Assembly (NCBI GenBank): GCA_051294905.1
Contig: CM119371.1
Location: forward strand, 3,226,001-3,290,000
Length of the DNA: 64,000 bases
Direction: 5' to 3'
Source of the DNA: Botryllus schlosseri
Lineage: Eukaryota
In this document: positions 27,764 through 41,128 of the stretch, piece after piece
Position numbering within the stretch: position 1 is the first letter of the stretch
Layout: each line of letters starts with the position of its first letter
Position numbers and translations under genes: made by a program
Notes under the pieces: model-generated
Databases searched by the model: none
What the model was told of the DNA's origin: nothing
What the model saw: only the letters and a program-made list of their open reading frames with translations

Positions 27764-29203
27764 CGCTGTGAAGGTCACTAGTAGATTTCATGTGAACGAT
27801 GCCTGTAACGAATCTTCGAACCACGGACCATCGTTTCTCATGTAGATGTTGGTCATCAAAATGAGAGAACATTTCGAGCTCCATTTCCGAGATAAAACTA
27901 GCTGCCAGAAACTCCTGCATGCTTTGATGACAGAAGAAGAATGTGAAGTCGCCTTCCATCAAGTGACGGCTGAGGATGTTGTTGCCAGGGACTTTCATCA
28001 TCAAATCCTGCACTTCGTCAGCGGAAACTTTAAACCGATCCAAATCTGCTTTGTAGAATACGACTCGCCCCTCTTTCATGCCTTCAAACGCCATTGCTTT
28101 CAATTTCTGGATAATCGAGAGGATTTGCTTTCTGTTTCGCATATTTTCCACACTCTGTAAGACTAACAGGATCCTGCTGTACAGTTCTGTCACGGTAGAC
28201 GGAGGAGGTCCATCTGGATCCATTCCCATCACCACTGCTATCAAAATCAGGAAAACCGGGACTGATACAAGTTGTAATAATAGCGGTGACATGATTTCAA
28301 TCTTCTCCCAGAGATGCTGCCCGTTGTCAAAGAGAAGAGACGTGAACAGTTTATAAGCGTCTTGTGTCGTGAGACCATTGAGTGTGATAATTTCTTCAGG
28401 GCGTGCTTGCGCCGGTAATTCGGAGACTTTGAATTCACGTGACGAGACGAGTATCTTGACGTGACGAAGGACACTGCGGGATAAGATATTATACATGATG
28501 ATCGGAGAGCTTGCTTTCTGATACGGTGTAATTTTTCGGACGCTGCTCTCCTCGAAATCCCACTGCATTTGATCAAGCCCGTCAAAAATGATAATTGCAT
28601 CACTTTGATTCTCGACCAGCCATTCGAAAGCATTTTCCTCTTCAGATTCATTTTTGAAGAGACCGTCGAATAGAAACTTGGATGTTTTGATACCGCTCTT
28701 GTCTTCCTTGTTCTTCAATTCAATATAATGTATCATTTTTCGTTTTGGTTCACCGTTGTCACTCACAGATGAAATTCCGAGCGCTTTTTTAGCAATTCTA
28801 CGCATGAGGATGGTTTTACCCGATCCTGCAGACGCGACGATAGCAGTGTAACCAACTTTGTAATTTGAAGGTAATTTTTCATACTTTGACAGCGATTCCA
28901 TTATCTTTGCCATTGTTATCGATTTACCGTCGTTGTCGGATTGACGATAAAACCCGACTTCCTCTATCATCTGACTTTGAAAATCTTTTCTTCTAGATCC
29001 ATGAACAGTTTCGTCAGTTGCAGATTTTTTATCGCGAAAACGGCCTTTGTAGTAGTCATTAACATTGACCTTCTTCATTCGCGGGAAAACCTCGAAGTCA
29101 GGTTCGTGAAGAAATTCATTCTTGAAGTCTTCACGAATTCCACTTGCCGTTTCTTGACGAGTATGGTCGTTTATAACTTCTATCAATTTCTTGTATTTAA
29201 CGC
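27764..29203 (-). CDS. NLR gene, large NACHT (STAND NTPase) exon
   Basis: 1440-bp phase 1-1 exon (ttttctgcag|GC...G|gtaagt). Walker A ASAGSGKT, Walker B IIIFDGLDQ, sensor-1 ILVSSR, HD1 VPVFL, WHD FFFCHQSMQEFLAA, HD2 WSVVRRFVTG. Confidence 0.95.
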
Positions 29204-29306
29204 CTGCAGAAAAGAGAGCTTAAATTAGGAAATATATCAAAACTGCTTCGTCATATCGGCTGTAAGAAATTATTGCAAATGGTACCGGTACCTTCTTACA
29301 CTAGGA

Positions 29307-30289
29307 CCGGCGTTCTCAACTTCCCTCGTATAACGGGCCGCAGAACATCATTTCCATGTATTAGTGGGATACTACCAAATTTAGGCTACTATAGCCTACT
29401 TCTTTCCTTCTATGGATGCAGCCCTACTAGTATTTCCACTCTGATAGAGAGCACCCAGATAATTAATTCGTTCTGTAATGTCTGTGGAGTCAGTGGATTC
29501 GTCCGATGCCTGGCCAAAGTAGTCTACCCGTCAACGTATTTCCGAACATGCGATGAAAGATCGACTGAAATTGCTGTTACTCTTCTGGTCACGGTTGAAA
29601 CAGACAACTGTAACTTCAAAATTTGTCAGGTGATGTTGTCCTTGCTGTTAAGTATCGGAAGCAGCGAATATTCGTTTTATTGAAATCATACCGTCTATGG
29701 CCAATTTTGTGGGTTTAACGATATTCCAAGCAATTTTAAACCATGCGTCTGTAACATAGTCGACAATTTTAACATTGCCTCGAAATATAGATTGGTGGGC
29801 TTGATACCTAATAGCTAGCAATGTTTTTTCTAACATCAGGCGTTGCGTATAACTTCAGAAGAAAGTGTCGTGGTATAATCTTGAGCTTGTACGCTTCGTC
29901 ACGAAAACTGTTATTCGACAAATATATCACATCGGTTTTCCATTTATATCTGAGAAAGCAAATTGATTGTTCCGAACGGAGTTACAAACTCAGTTCCCGC
30001 CGTTTAATTACCCGTTCCTTGTTCTTGTTGAGTTAAGCATCCTTTAAGAGTTTACTACACAACAGAATTCTCCTGAACCAGGGAACAGCTGAATACCGAT
30101 TTTAAACAATAACAATCTACACTTGAGCATATAAGCAAGAAACCTGAATACATCAAAGAATGAGTAATTAAACGATACATAGACGGTGCGATAAGAGAGC
30201 TAAAGTATCTAAATTAATATGTAACATCGTGCCAGTAGCAATTGCGTTTATAATGAAAGATGTCGCGGGCCGCGGGTTGAGAACCCCTG
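29307..30289. mobile_element. hAT-type MITE
   Basis: TIRs ccggcgttctcaac / gttgagaacccctg; perfect TSD cactagga (29299-29306, 30290-30297). Confidence 0.85.
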
Positions 30290-30394
30290 CACTAGGACAC
30301 TGTCCTCAAACCTAATTGTTGTAGCTACATCAGCATGACGGCCGATTTAAACCGGTCAGAGTTCGAGTGTTGCTGAATGTAACCTACGACAGTT

Positions 30395-31094
30395 GGTGCT
30401 TCTTCGATATACGCCCGAGATCAAAACAGTGTTCCCCATGACACCCGTAAATGTTTTTCCATGAACACGATATAAATTTATAAACGTCAAAATATTTTTT
30501 TCCTCGTTTGAATAGACGGATATTAGGGTTGGTGGAATGGATATATTGGTGTTGGATGTGGGTTAGGTTCAAAGTCGGGGTTAGGGTATCCCAAGAGTAG
30601 GGTTGGGGGAGAGGGGAGAATTAGGGTTGGGGAAACCCTAACCTCAACTTCAACCCTAACCCCAACCCACATCCAACTCTAAGAACCCCCTCCCCCAACT
30701 CTGATATTCCCCTTCCCAAACCCTAATTTTGAGATACCCCCAATTCAACTTTGACCCTAACCCTAACCCGCATCCAACTCTTATACCCCTCCCCCAACCT
30801 TAATATGCCCTTCTTCAACCCTAATCTTGGGATACCCTAACCCCAACTTTGACCCTAACCCACATCCAACCGTGATATCTCTCCTTCCTCTTCCCTAATA
30901 CCCCGTCGCCAACCGTAATCTTGGGATACCCTAACCCCAACTTCGACCCTAACCCACCCCCAGCCCTAATATCTGTCTCTCCAAAGGCAAAAAAAAATTT
31001 TTACGCTTATAAAATTGTATCGTGCTCATGGGAAGCACTTGCTGGTGTTACGTGAAACACTGTTTCGATCTCGGGCGTATATCGAAGAAGCGCC
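30395..31094. mobile_element. MITE copy A with (TTAGGGTT)-like internal repeats
   Basis: TIRs gg(t/c)gcttcttcgatatacgcccgagatc.aaacagtg at both ends. Confidence 0.9.
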
Positions 31095-31228
31095 AAACAT
31101 TCAGCGGGAATCATGTCGCGTTAAGGGAGACTGATCTACTACAGGGTTGGATAGATATTTGTAATGATTCATTGGAGATAATGGTGGGCTAGCCAGGATT
31201 AGATTTCGGAGAAATATGGTAACTGTCG

Positions 31229-31883
31229 GGCGCTTCTTCGATATACGCCCGAGATCGAAACAGTGTTTCACGTAACACCAGCAAGTGCTTTTTTTGCCTT
31301 TGGAGAGACAGATATTAGGGCTGGGGGTGGGTTAGGGTCGAAGTTGGGGTTAGGGTATCCCAAGATTACGGTTGGCGACGGGGTATTAGGGAAGAGGAAG
31401 GAGAGATATTACGGTTGGATGTGGGTTAGGGTCAAAGTTGGGGTTAGGGTATCCCAAGATTAGGGTTGAAGAAGGGCATATTAAGGTTGGGGGAGGGGTA
31501 TAAGAGTTGGATGCGGGTTAGGGTCAAAGTTGAATTGGGGGTATCCCAAAATTAGGGTTTGGGAAGGGGAATATTAGAGTTGGGGGAGGGGGTTCTTAGA
31601 GTTGGATGTGGGTTGGGGTTAGGGTTAAAGTTGAGGTTAGGGTTTCCCCAACCCTAATTCTCCCCTCTCCCCCAACCCTACTCTTGGGATACCCTAACCC
31701 CGACTTTGAACCTAACCCACATCCAACACCAATATATCCATTCCACCAACCCTAATATCCGTCTATTCAAACGAGGAAAAAAATATTTTGACGTTTATAA
31801 ATTTATATCGTGTTCATGGAAAAACATTTATGGGTGTCATGGGGAGCACTGTTTTGATCTCGGGCGTATATCGAAGAAGCGCC
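31229..31883. mobile_element. MITE copy B, near-identical to copy A and in the opposite orientation
   Basis: Same TIRs; the internal sequence is the reverse complement of 30395-31094 with small indels. Confidence 0.9.
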
Positions 31884-31964
31884 GAATGTTTTGCTAAGAA
31901 AACTGAGCCGTTGTCCGCAGTGTGGTTGTCGTTGTTGTTGCCGATATGGATCGTCGAGTTATTA

Positions 31965-33062
31965 CAGGGGTGGGCAAACTACGGCCCGCGGGCCGCATGC
32001 GGCCCGCCACGTCGTTTTGTACGGCCCGCGAGAGTCTAAATAAATTTTTTAAAAATTTTGATAAAATGCGTACTAAAAATCGAATTAATGCAGGGACTTG
32101 ATTAACTTTTCTTATTATATTTCACCAGGATAATTCTAAGACAGTGGTTTTCAAACTGGTGGACGCAACCCCCTTGGGGGCGTGAAAGCCTCTGAAAGGG
32201 GCGCGAAGCTGAGCTTGACTGATAAAATTTTTGTGCTACGCGCAATTTTCAGCCAAGTCAGTGTTATTGCTATGTATTTAGTCTGAATTACATATTTAAA
32301 AATCTCTTATCCACAGTCGTATTCTTCACGCCATCAAACTACCCGTTAGGTTTGCTTCCATTCTGATTGCGTTTTGCGATATGACGATAAGAGGCCGTGA
32401 AATCTTTGACCATCATAAGGGGGTGGGGCGTGTCTTAAAAAGTTTGAGAACCACTGATCTAAGGTAAATACTTGATATCACAGCGGGGTAGCTGCAACGA
32501 GATTGACATAATTTGGATCACCAGTGAGGTTTTAGATTGCCCACTTCATTTTTAATTATTTCAGTGATGTGCTTATAAAAAACCGATTCGGGCGTGTTAT
32601 AAGCACATTCGTTGTCTGTACGCGTGGAATGGGGGTATGTATATTTTACCTACACAAAGTAGAAGCGTGTTTGAAGCTAACATGGTTATGATGCTGTTAG
32701 CATCGTGTGTCCTGGAACTGAGCCAAAAGTGGAATTACTAAATCTATGAACAGATCACTGCTTACAGATTTATATTTCAATCATATTCTAAGAATAGGGC
32801 CAACGGCCTTTTATCTCTATAGTTTTGACAAATTGGTTATTGAGGTCCGCCTGCCTATGAAATCTCGCCACTGTATGTTTCTGACGCGTGTACGATATCA
32901 TCAAAGCAATATTTGGCTTGTTTTAAATAAGCACATATATTGTCTCCACGCCATATATCAATATTACGTTTTGGGTTATAATCCCAATTTTATATAGTGC
33001 GGTCCGCGAATGAATTCAGATGTTGAATGCGGCCCGCGAGCTCAAAAGTTTGCCCACCCCTG
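31965..33062. mobile_element. hAT-type MITE with a nested MITE at 32142-32456
   Basis: TIRs caggggtgggcaaact / agtttgcccacccctg with perfect TSD agttatta; nested cagtggttttcaaact / agtttgagaaccactg with TSD ttctaaga/atctaagg. Confidence 0.9.
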
Positions 33063-33920
33063 AGTTATTATATTGTGACGTTGAAACCTTGACAGCGGCT
33101 TAACCTAAGGTCACGGAAAGGTAGTAGGACGTTCATTGATTGTGTAACAATTGGTTTGCAGCTCAACCTTTCGTGGCTCTGGAGCATTTGCCATTTCGTC
33201 AGATACCGAAATCAAAATCCAAGATTGAATACCGGATGCCGCGACGCTGCCAGAGATCGACTATTATACCAGAGACAAGAGATTGACTATTAATTCAACA
33301 CCGTGTAGTGGGCGAGTCTGATATCATAGAAATGTTGAATTAGGCGAATTGGAGGGACCGTTATACGATCGGCAACGCAGGACCATAACATCACTTTGTC
33401 AGACCCACCCTCCTCCCCGACAAAAAATCATTGGTATTGGGGAGTAGTTAGTATGATCGGTCGTGGTGTGCCATTGTGGCTTATGGGTGCGGCGGCGATT
33501 CGCCTGGAAACCCGGGGTGGCGATTCGCCTTTTTAGACCCCCCTCTGGGCCGCGATTCGCCATGTGTTCTTATGGGTGCGGTCGTGATTCGCCTTTCCAG
33601 GTATAGGCCGCGGTCGTGATTCGCCGTGAAAACTCGTGGTCGTGACTCGCCTTTTTTGCTATAGGCGGTGGCGGCGATTCGCCTGTCGTGTATTCTTACG
33701 GGATCTGTGGTGATTCGGCATGTGTTCTTATGGGTGCGGTCGTGATTCGTACTTTCGGTATAGACTGCGGGCGGCATGTCGTACTTTCAGCAAAAAAGGT
33801 GTGAAATAGTTTGCCAAGTCTAGGAATCACTTGCAAGGTAATATTTTGGTATTTAGTTTACCACAGAGCCGGCGTAGACGGCGATTCGAATATCAACAAT
33901 AACAACGCTCACGAATTAAC

Positions 33921-34876
33921 CAGTGTTGGGATCAAGTCACTACCTTCGAGTCACGAGTCATTTCGAGTCATTGCACATTTTGACTCGAGTCAAGTCAAGT
34001 CAATCGATTTTTGAAGGTGACTCGAGTCAAGTCAAGTCACTAGATTTTTGGAGGTGACTCGAGTCAAGTCGAGTCAAGTCAAGTCAAGTCACGAGTCAAG
34101 TCACAATTCAAGTCAAGTTGCCTTTTCAAAATGTGAGACATGGTTACGTAATTGAATCTTGCTAGCTGTATAAAATACAGATTGAGTGGTCATTGATTTT
34201 GAACAGATGAACGAATATAGATTTAAATGTGCAAGCAAGAAGGCGCTGTATCGCTCACATATACCTACAACTGCTAACTACGTAAGTAATTGCAGAGTCT
34301 CAGGTTATAGTTACGAGCCAAAATCGAGAAAAGAATTTATAAGATACAATACATTATGTATTTACAAATTGATTCGACCTGCGCCAATGGTTGAGGGCTA
34401 TATACACGATATTTGAATTATATTTCAATAAAACAAGAGGTTTGCTTGAGGTAAGAACAGTGAACAGAAATAAAAATTTTGCTATTAAATTGCTCTACTA
34501 TACTAGTTTGCGACAACATAAGCTGTAAGTTTCGGTCCTATGGTTTGCGGTCAATTTATTAGGGAGAGAACAATAACGACTCAATAAAACGCACGACTAA
34601 TGAATGATTGGTCGCTCTCACGGGTTACACCAGCGTTTCGCGAGCAATCTGAACATATGCAAGATACAATATTTTTTGTCGACACCGATTACTTGATGAC
34701 TTGAAATTGACTCGTGAATTTTGCTCCGAGTCACGAGTCAATCCTCATTTCTGATACGCCGAGTCAAGTCAAGTCAAGTCATTTCAGCAAAGTGACTCGA
34801 GTCAAGTCAAGTCATCCGAAAAAGGTGACTCGAGTCTGACTCGAGTCAAGTCATGACTCGAGTCATCCCAACACTG
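33921..34876. mobile_element. hAT-type MITE inserted in the left arm only of element 1
   Basis: TIRs cagtgttgggat / atcccaacactg; TSD gaattaac; the empty site (single gttaattc) is at 45823-45830 in the right arm. Confidence 0.95.
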
Positions 34877-37800
34877 GAATTAACACTTCAAATAGCTGTG
34901 AAATAGTTTGCAAAACCCCGCGATCGCTAACAAGATAATGTCTCGGTCATAACCATCTTTCACGACTTGGTGTCATAACCATACCGATCGCTCACGCGGA
35001 GAAATTTTAGTAATCAGTTTGTCACAGAACTTGATATCGCTGGTAAGATTTAACAAGTAACGAATAACAGACCGCGGTAACTTGAATAGCGACAAATTGT
35101 CACTTATTTCCGCTCTAACCCTAATCCTTTGTGAAGTGAACGCTTATTCAAAAGGGTGTGATATAATTTTAAAATCCAACGACCACTCACCGGATAATAC
35201 TTCAGACATAGCAATTCCTCATACCCGCCCACAAGGTAATATTTCGGTAATTAGTTTGTCACAGAACCGTCGCAGGCGGTGATTGGAAAACCGACAATTT
35301 GTCACTCGCCCGCGATCGCTATATGTTTCACGCCTCCAGAATAGTGGCTGACTTTAGTTGCGTGATAAGATCCATGAAAATATTCAATCAATGTGTTAGT
35401 TTATCAACTTGAAATGAAACTCACTACACAAATCAAGTCGATTCGTATCTGAATGTTTTAAATCGGTACAACTCTAATCCTTTGACAAATCCCATAACGC
35501 GTTTTTGTTGAATCGAACGTAACCCGAATATTACTGACGCCGACTTTCAGCCGCATCGAATTATTCGCACATTCCGCGCCACTGTTTTCACACTTATAGA
35601 ATCAATACCAACTATAACTCTACAAGAATCAAGAATCACAAGTATGTGCATTACACAGTTATTGTCTTTATTAACTTGAAATCAAACACTTAACAAAAAC
35701 ACGCAACTAATCATTTGGCAACTCTAGCATTACCAAAAAATTCCAGTATTGTTGATTGAAAATCCTTGAGTCATTATTATCAAAAATGTTATAGTACCGC
35801 ATCGAAATCCATTCGCGGGATGTACTAAAGGTAAATCCAGATAATCCAAAATGAAATATTTGGACTTTGACAAACATGACTACCAACTTTGATCCAGTCA
35901 TATTTCAAGATCATACTTTGAAACAATCCTTGAAACTTACAACTCTATTCACGACTGAGTTTTCCGTTTATCAAATAGAGTTTCAGTAAATACTATCGCG
36001 ATATTTAATGTGTTACTACACACAATAGAATCAATCAATGAAATACCACCTGTTGTAAATATTTCTAACTTGACAACCACTTGTGCATACCGTGATCAAG
36101 TTGCGACGCGATGAGTTAAATCGGGATATTTCAATCTATTTGTCGAAACCTTGAACAAACTATCAGGTTATTTATTGTTGTAATCGAGTGAACGGAAATA
36201 GTATTACGTCTCAACATTTTAACATCTCCCCATACACAAAAGAGTAAAATACAAAAAAACCTTGTCAAGTCAATCCGTTTGTAACTTACCCAACCAAAAC
36301 AAAAAGTATCCTTATGAAAAGTAGACAAGACTACGTGAGTAATCACCACAATCCAAAATCCATAGCAAGTTCGGTTGCATTCATAGTCCACCAACTCGTA
36401 TTTTTATTCCACTTTAAAAGTCGTTACTATTCCGCAAGACAAAGAAATTACTATGTGGTATATTTTGTAAGACAAAAGTAATTACTTCTCAGTGTCGGCG
36501 ACTTGAGATTAACATACTATGTTTGAGTATACGAGATTTGACAGTCTGACCATCGTAGTTGAGAATTCATCTCTTACAATCGAACACAGGTGTTATATCA
36601 AAAGTTATCATACTGTAAACATAAGGATTGACACATTGATTTGACGTATTTAATAGTTGATCACGACTTGATTATTAAATTATTCGCGTTAATTAAACCC
36701 GCGTTGTGTTGAAAGTTATGACAGTAACAAACTTTTCGGAAACGTTGTTATTAACATATTGATTTGTAAAACTATACTTGTCTGAAATGTTCTTGATTTG
36801 GAAGATATTCCGTGTTGGTACAAATCACTCTGCGTATTGCGGATATCAGGAAATATTTTACAAATGTAATTGTTTCCAGTAACCAAGACTAAAGACGAAA
36901 CAACAACATCGGTATTATTACATTCAACAACCAGTACAATTATTAAAATCTATCGTTTGCTATAACCGGGGCTAAAGATGTAACAATTCCATTATTCATA
37001 TATTGAAACGACTAAGTGGAGAATCATTAGGCCTATATCACAATATCGTTACTATTGAATCCAACGATTTATTGTCGGAATTTGTGACAGAGAATTGAAA
37101 CATATGCACTTTACAGAGTGTGAAAATATCACTTTGAGTATCGAGTACCGTTCGAAGCTAGCGATCAATTCTTAATCATTTCAGTAACTCCCCATTGTGC
37201 GTGCCAAATGTAAAATATCGCGAGGTTATACACTCTAAGACTTTGATTATTGCAAAAGTAAATTGTGATATGTTTGTTAGATGCATCCAATTCAACTAGA
37301 AGTGTCTAGTGCCCAACACTCGTAATATCGAAAAAGTACTTGCCACACTGTTATTTGCTAAACGTGTTTTGCATTGTTGCTCATTTCTAGTATTGATTGA
37401 AATCATTCTCGAACCCTCAAATAGTAATTCCCGACATGAAACCAAGCCGCTGAAAGTCGTTACCATCACGAAGATACAATGTGCACGATGTTTGTCAAAT
37501 GTGTCCTACCTGGCCAACAGAAAACAATTTTCACTCACTCGAAATGAAACCAATGTGATGGTCTCCATTCGATATTTTGTTCGTGTCAAATACTTTGCAA
37601 TGAACACATTTGCGTGGTTGAGCTTTGCCATCATCAAGCTGTCATTTGTATCTTTTAATTAACCGACATTTAGCGATTGGTGAACATACCGACCGATACA
37701 CAGTCACTTCGAAATACTCCGTTGATCGTAATTTCCATCATCATAATAATCGAAGTACAATTGTTTCGAATCGATAGACTGGTTGAGCTTTACATCATCA

Positions 37801-39259
37801 GACTGCCATCTGTACATCAAGAATACATCCGTCTTGTAACTGGGTCGTTTACCTAACCGAGTTGTATGCACCGTTTGATATTTAGCGATTGCAGAACATA
37901 CCATTTCGAAATACTACGTTGATCTCAATTCCTTTGTCGTGATAATCGAAGTATATTTGTTTCGATTTCATAAAAACCAACTTTTCTATGACATGATAAA
38001 TTTTTGAAAAGTTATACTTAGAAGGTTGGTGCATATCGCGAAAAATAATATACCATGCATATTGATATTGCTACTCCATTGATCGGTATTTTCACGCGAG
38101 TCGATTTTCAAATGAGTAAAATTTATTACATGAGTTTCTCCGCTTAATGTAAATGAAAACTCAGTCGTCTTTTAACATCACAAAGACATTGATAAAATGT
38201 AAGCAATCAAACACAACACTTTGTACGACACTAATTATTGTTCCACACATCTCATTTCATACTAAGTGTATACGAAAGATATTCATGTTACACGAAAATA
38301 TTCGCTCATGCTACAAACCTGTACAATGATTGGTGGTGTAAGGCCAGCCCAATTGTGGTATCCATCCGAGTTTAGTTAACACAATTTACGACACCGAGGT
38401 CGCCTCATCTTTCGTAAGACAACAAACCAAGGCTTCAGGATATGTCCATGTCATAACAATAAATCAGCTACTCCAACAACAGAGTACATATGTTTTCTAG
38501 CACGGTGCTTACATCTTACACACAAATCAACCCACTTTGCTAACGAAAAGTGCTGAGTCATCACAACAATACAACTAAAACATACTATCATACAAAATGG
38601 CCGTTATAGTCACCAATGGTACATCGTACCAGTAACAAGTCTCGAGAATCAAGTTTTCCAAAAAACGTGAAAGTATTTCTACACCAAGTCGTTATGTTGA
38701 CGAAGACGTATATTGTAATATCATGATCGATTTACATTCGTTGGTCACAAAATGTCACTACTCTAAATAATTATTTTTCACTCAAAGCCTACTTGTCACC
38801 ATTCGTTTCATCAAGCACGAGTTCAAGAAACCTGCTACGACGTGAATTGATATTTTTATGTTGTGTAAATAGGTAATAATCAATTTTAGTAACACTATAT
38901 CAACATCATCGAGTTGTGCGAATAGATTTACATGTGGTCTTGTGGTTTTAATCGAAGTATACAGCACGGTCTAATGTAGAGTCATCTCTATTGTACAACA
39001 ACTCGGTAATCGAAATGCATTAAAATTTAAACAACGATCTTGTTTCGTCGCACCAAAAATATGTTTACTATCACGATACTCTGCACAGGTCGTGTAAATC
39101 CTTTTCACACTCGTAATAGTATACCAACGGATACCGGCGACAACGTTTAACAATACCAACGACACTAAATATACGATACCTACCCAAGTAAAATTACCAT
39201 TTTCACCTGGAGGTCGGTCGTTACCCGAGTAGAAATACCATTGTCCTTTGGAGATTTAT

Positions 39260-39740
39260 CGTTTACCCAGTGTAACAAACCCCTTACCCTTTGGAAATCT
39301 ATTTTTTCTCTGGGTAACAAACCTTTTTCACTTGGAAATATATTTTTTCTCTGGTTAACAAACCTTTTTCACTTGGAAATATATTTTTTCTCTGGGTAAC
39401 AAACCTTTTTCACTTGGAAATATATTTTTTCTCTGGGTAACAAATCTTTTTCACTTGGAAATATATTTTTTCCGCGGGTAACAAACCTTTTTCCCTGAGC
39501 AAGAAACCATTTTCACTTGGTGGTCCATCGTTTTACCCGAGTAAAAATATCATTTTCTTTTGGAGATCCGGCGTTTACCCAGTGTAACAATACATTTTCA
39601 CTTGGAAAAATACTTTTACCTAGAGTAACTAATCATTTTCTCCTGGGTAACAAACCCTTTTCGTCTGGAAACTATCATTTACCTGAGTACCAATACAGTT
39701 TTCACTTGGAAATCTACCTTCTCCCTGGGTAACAATATCA
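39260..39740. repeat. ~39-40-bp tandem array inside the arms (aaacctttttcacttggaaatatattttttctctgggtaac)
   Basis: Several near-perfect units plus degenerate flanks; mirrored at ~42200-42680 and present in element 2 at ~54720-55260 and ~57640-58180. Confidence 0.9.
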
Positions 39741-41128
39741 GTTTCGTTTTGAAAACTGACAACCACACCGGACAATTTGATATTTTTGTATATTGTTACA
39801 ACGGGCAGCGACAAAATATACACCAACAACGACTCCGATACATTTGTCTAATCAAATATTCACTTGATCTGATGCATCCCATCAAAATCATTGGTTACTC
39901 ACATACAATAACAATGAACTGTTGTACATCGACATGTATGTTTTCGGAATTGGCGAATAAATGGGTTTCCGATATGTCCGTGATGTCCGGGTTCGTGCTT
40001 TGGATTTTCCAGAGTCAAAATGCCTGAATAAAACACCTCCTCGACTTTGGTAGCTGGTTGATACACGGATAATGGTATTCGGAAAACGGATGAATTTATG
40101 TTCCCCATCGCGCCAACAACTCCGGGTTACTTGTGAGTTTCCTCAGCTCTGTTTACTATATTGTGTCTTTACTGATCAATACATGTCGCTCCAGTAAGCT
40201 GAAGCCGGATCACTAATATGAGAAAGTGTGTGGGGGCCTGATCCGGATATTCACTCATGAACCAACGACCAATATTCAAGTAAACATGTTACAGACAGTG
40301 TTTTGTCTCCATGAAAAATACCAACCATCACATACAAGTAACGTCACGATTGTTCACAAGTATTCGCGTAAACCAGGTGTACATACAATGTGTCGGTGTA
40401 CAAACATCACGGAAAACAAATTCATGTTCTCAAGTCTCATCATGCGACGACTCTGTACATTCAATGTGGGCATAGATGACTTGGGGACAGGCAAGCAGCC
40501 ATATTTGGACGTAACATGGTCTTAGTATGAACCGGCCTCCGCCCAACTTGTGAAAAATGAATCTCACACGAGTACAATCCTTTCACGGTTTACACCTTGA
40601 TTTTGCAAGATTGTTTGGATTCTCAGGTAGACTTGCATCGTGATCCGGACCTCGATATAATCGTGTTGCGTAACTCACTCAATCCCTGCGTATCGTTGGT
40701 CATAACCTGCTAACTTTTTCGCCGAGACCGCAGTGTTTCACCTGGTTTTATGTATTTGGCGATCACCATCGTTATCAATCTTTCAGGTGATGAATATGCC
40801 GGATGTTGCTACTCCCACATAACGACTCCAGCTAAACATCGTGAGCAGTGACTCCGGATTGAAATCGTAAACAGGGACTCTGTGTGTGTGTGTGAATCTC
40901 GAGTTCGAATACGATTAGATAATGTAATCCAAGGTGTGTCTCTGCGGGTTGAAGACTGATTTCTTGTTAACCACTCCGCAAGAGGGTGCTGTCTCGTAAT
41001 TCTACATGTCGTTATAAAACGTGGTTGGAAACTTTTGGTCTAGTTGATCCAGCTACGTATTGAAACGGTGCACTCACGCAGACCACTGAGAAAACGTTGT
41101 CGTTACCTGACTATATCCACGAGTAATT

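Noticed and set aside
29648..29836. ORF as the NLR exon upstream of the NACHT exon
   Set aside because: It lies inside a TSD-bounded MITE (29307-30289) and has no recognisable domain.
30520..31760. Interstitial telomere or chromosome fusion site (TTAGGG/CCCTAA)
   Set aside because: The hexamers are dispersed, degenerate subrepeats inside two TIR-bounded MITEs, not tandem telomeric arrays.
40481..40486. ttgggg at the inner end of the left arm, identical to the TSD
   Set aside because: There is no ACTACT terminus next to it and no equivalent in element 2; probably chance.
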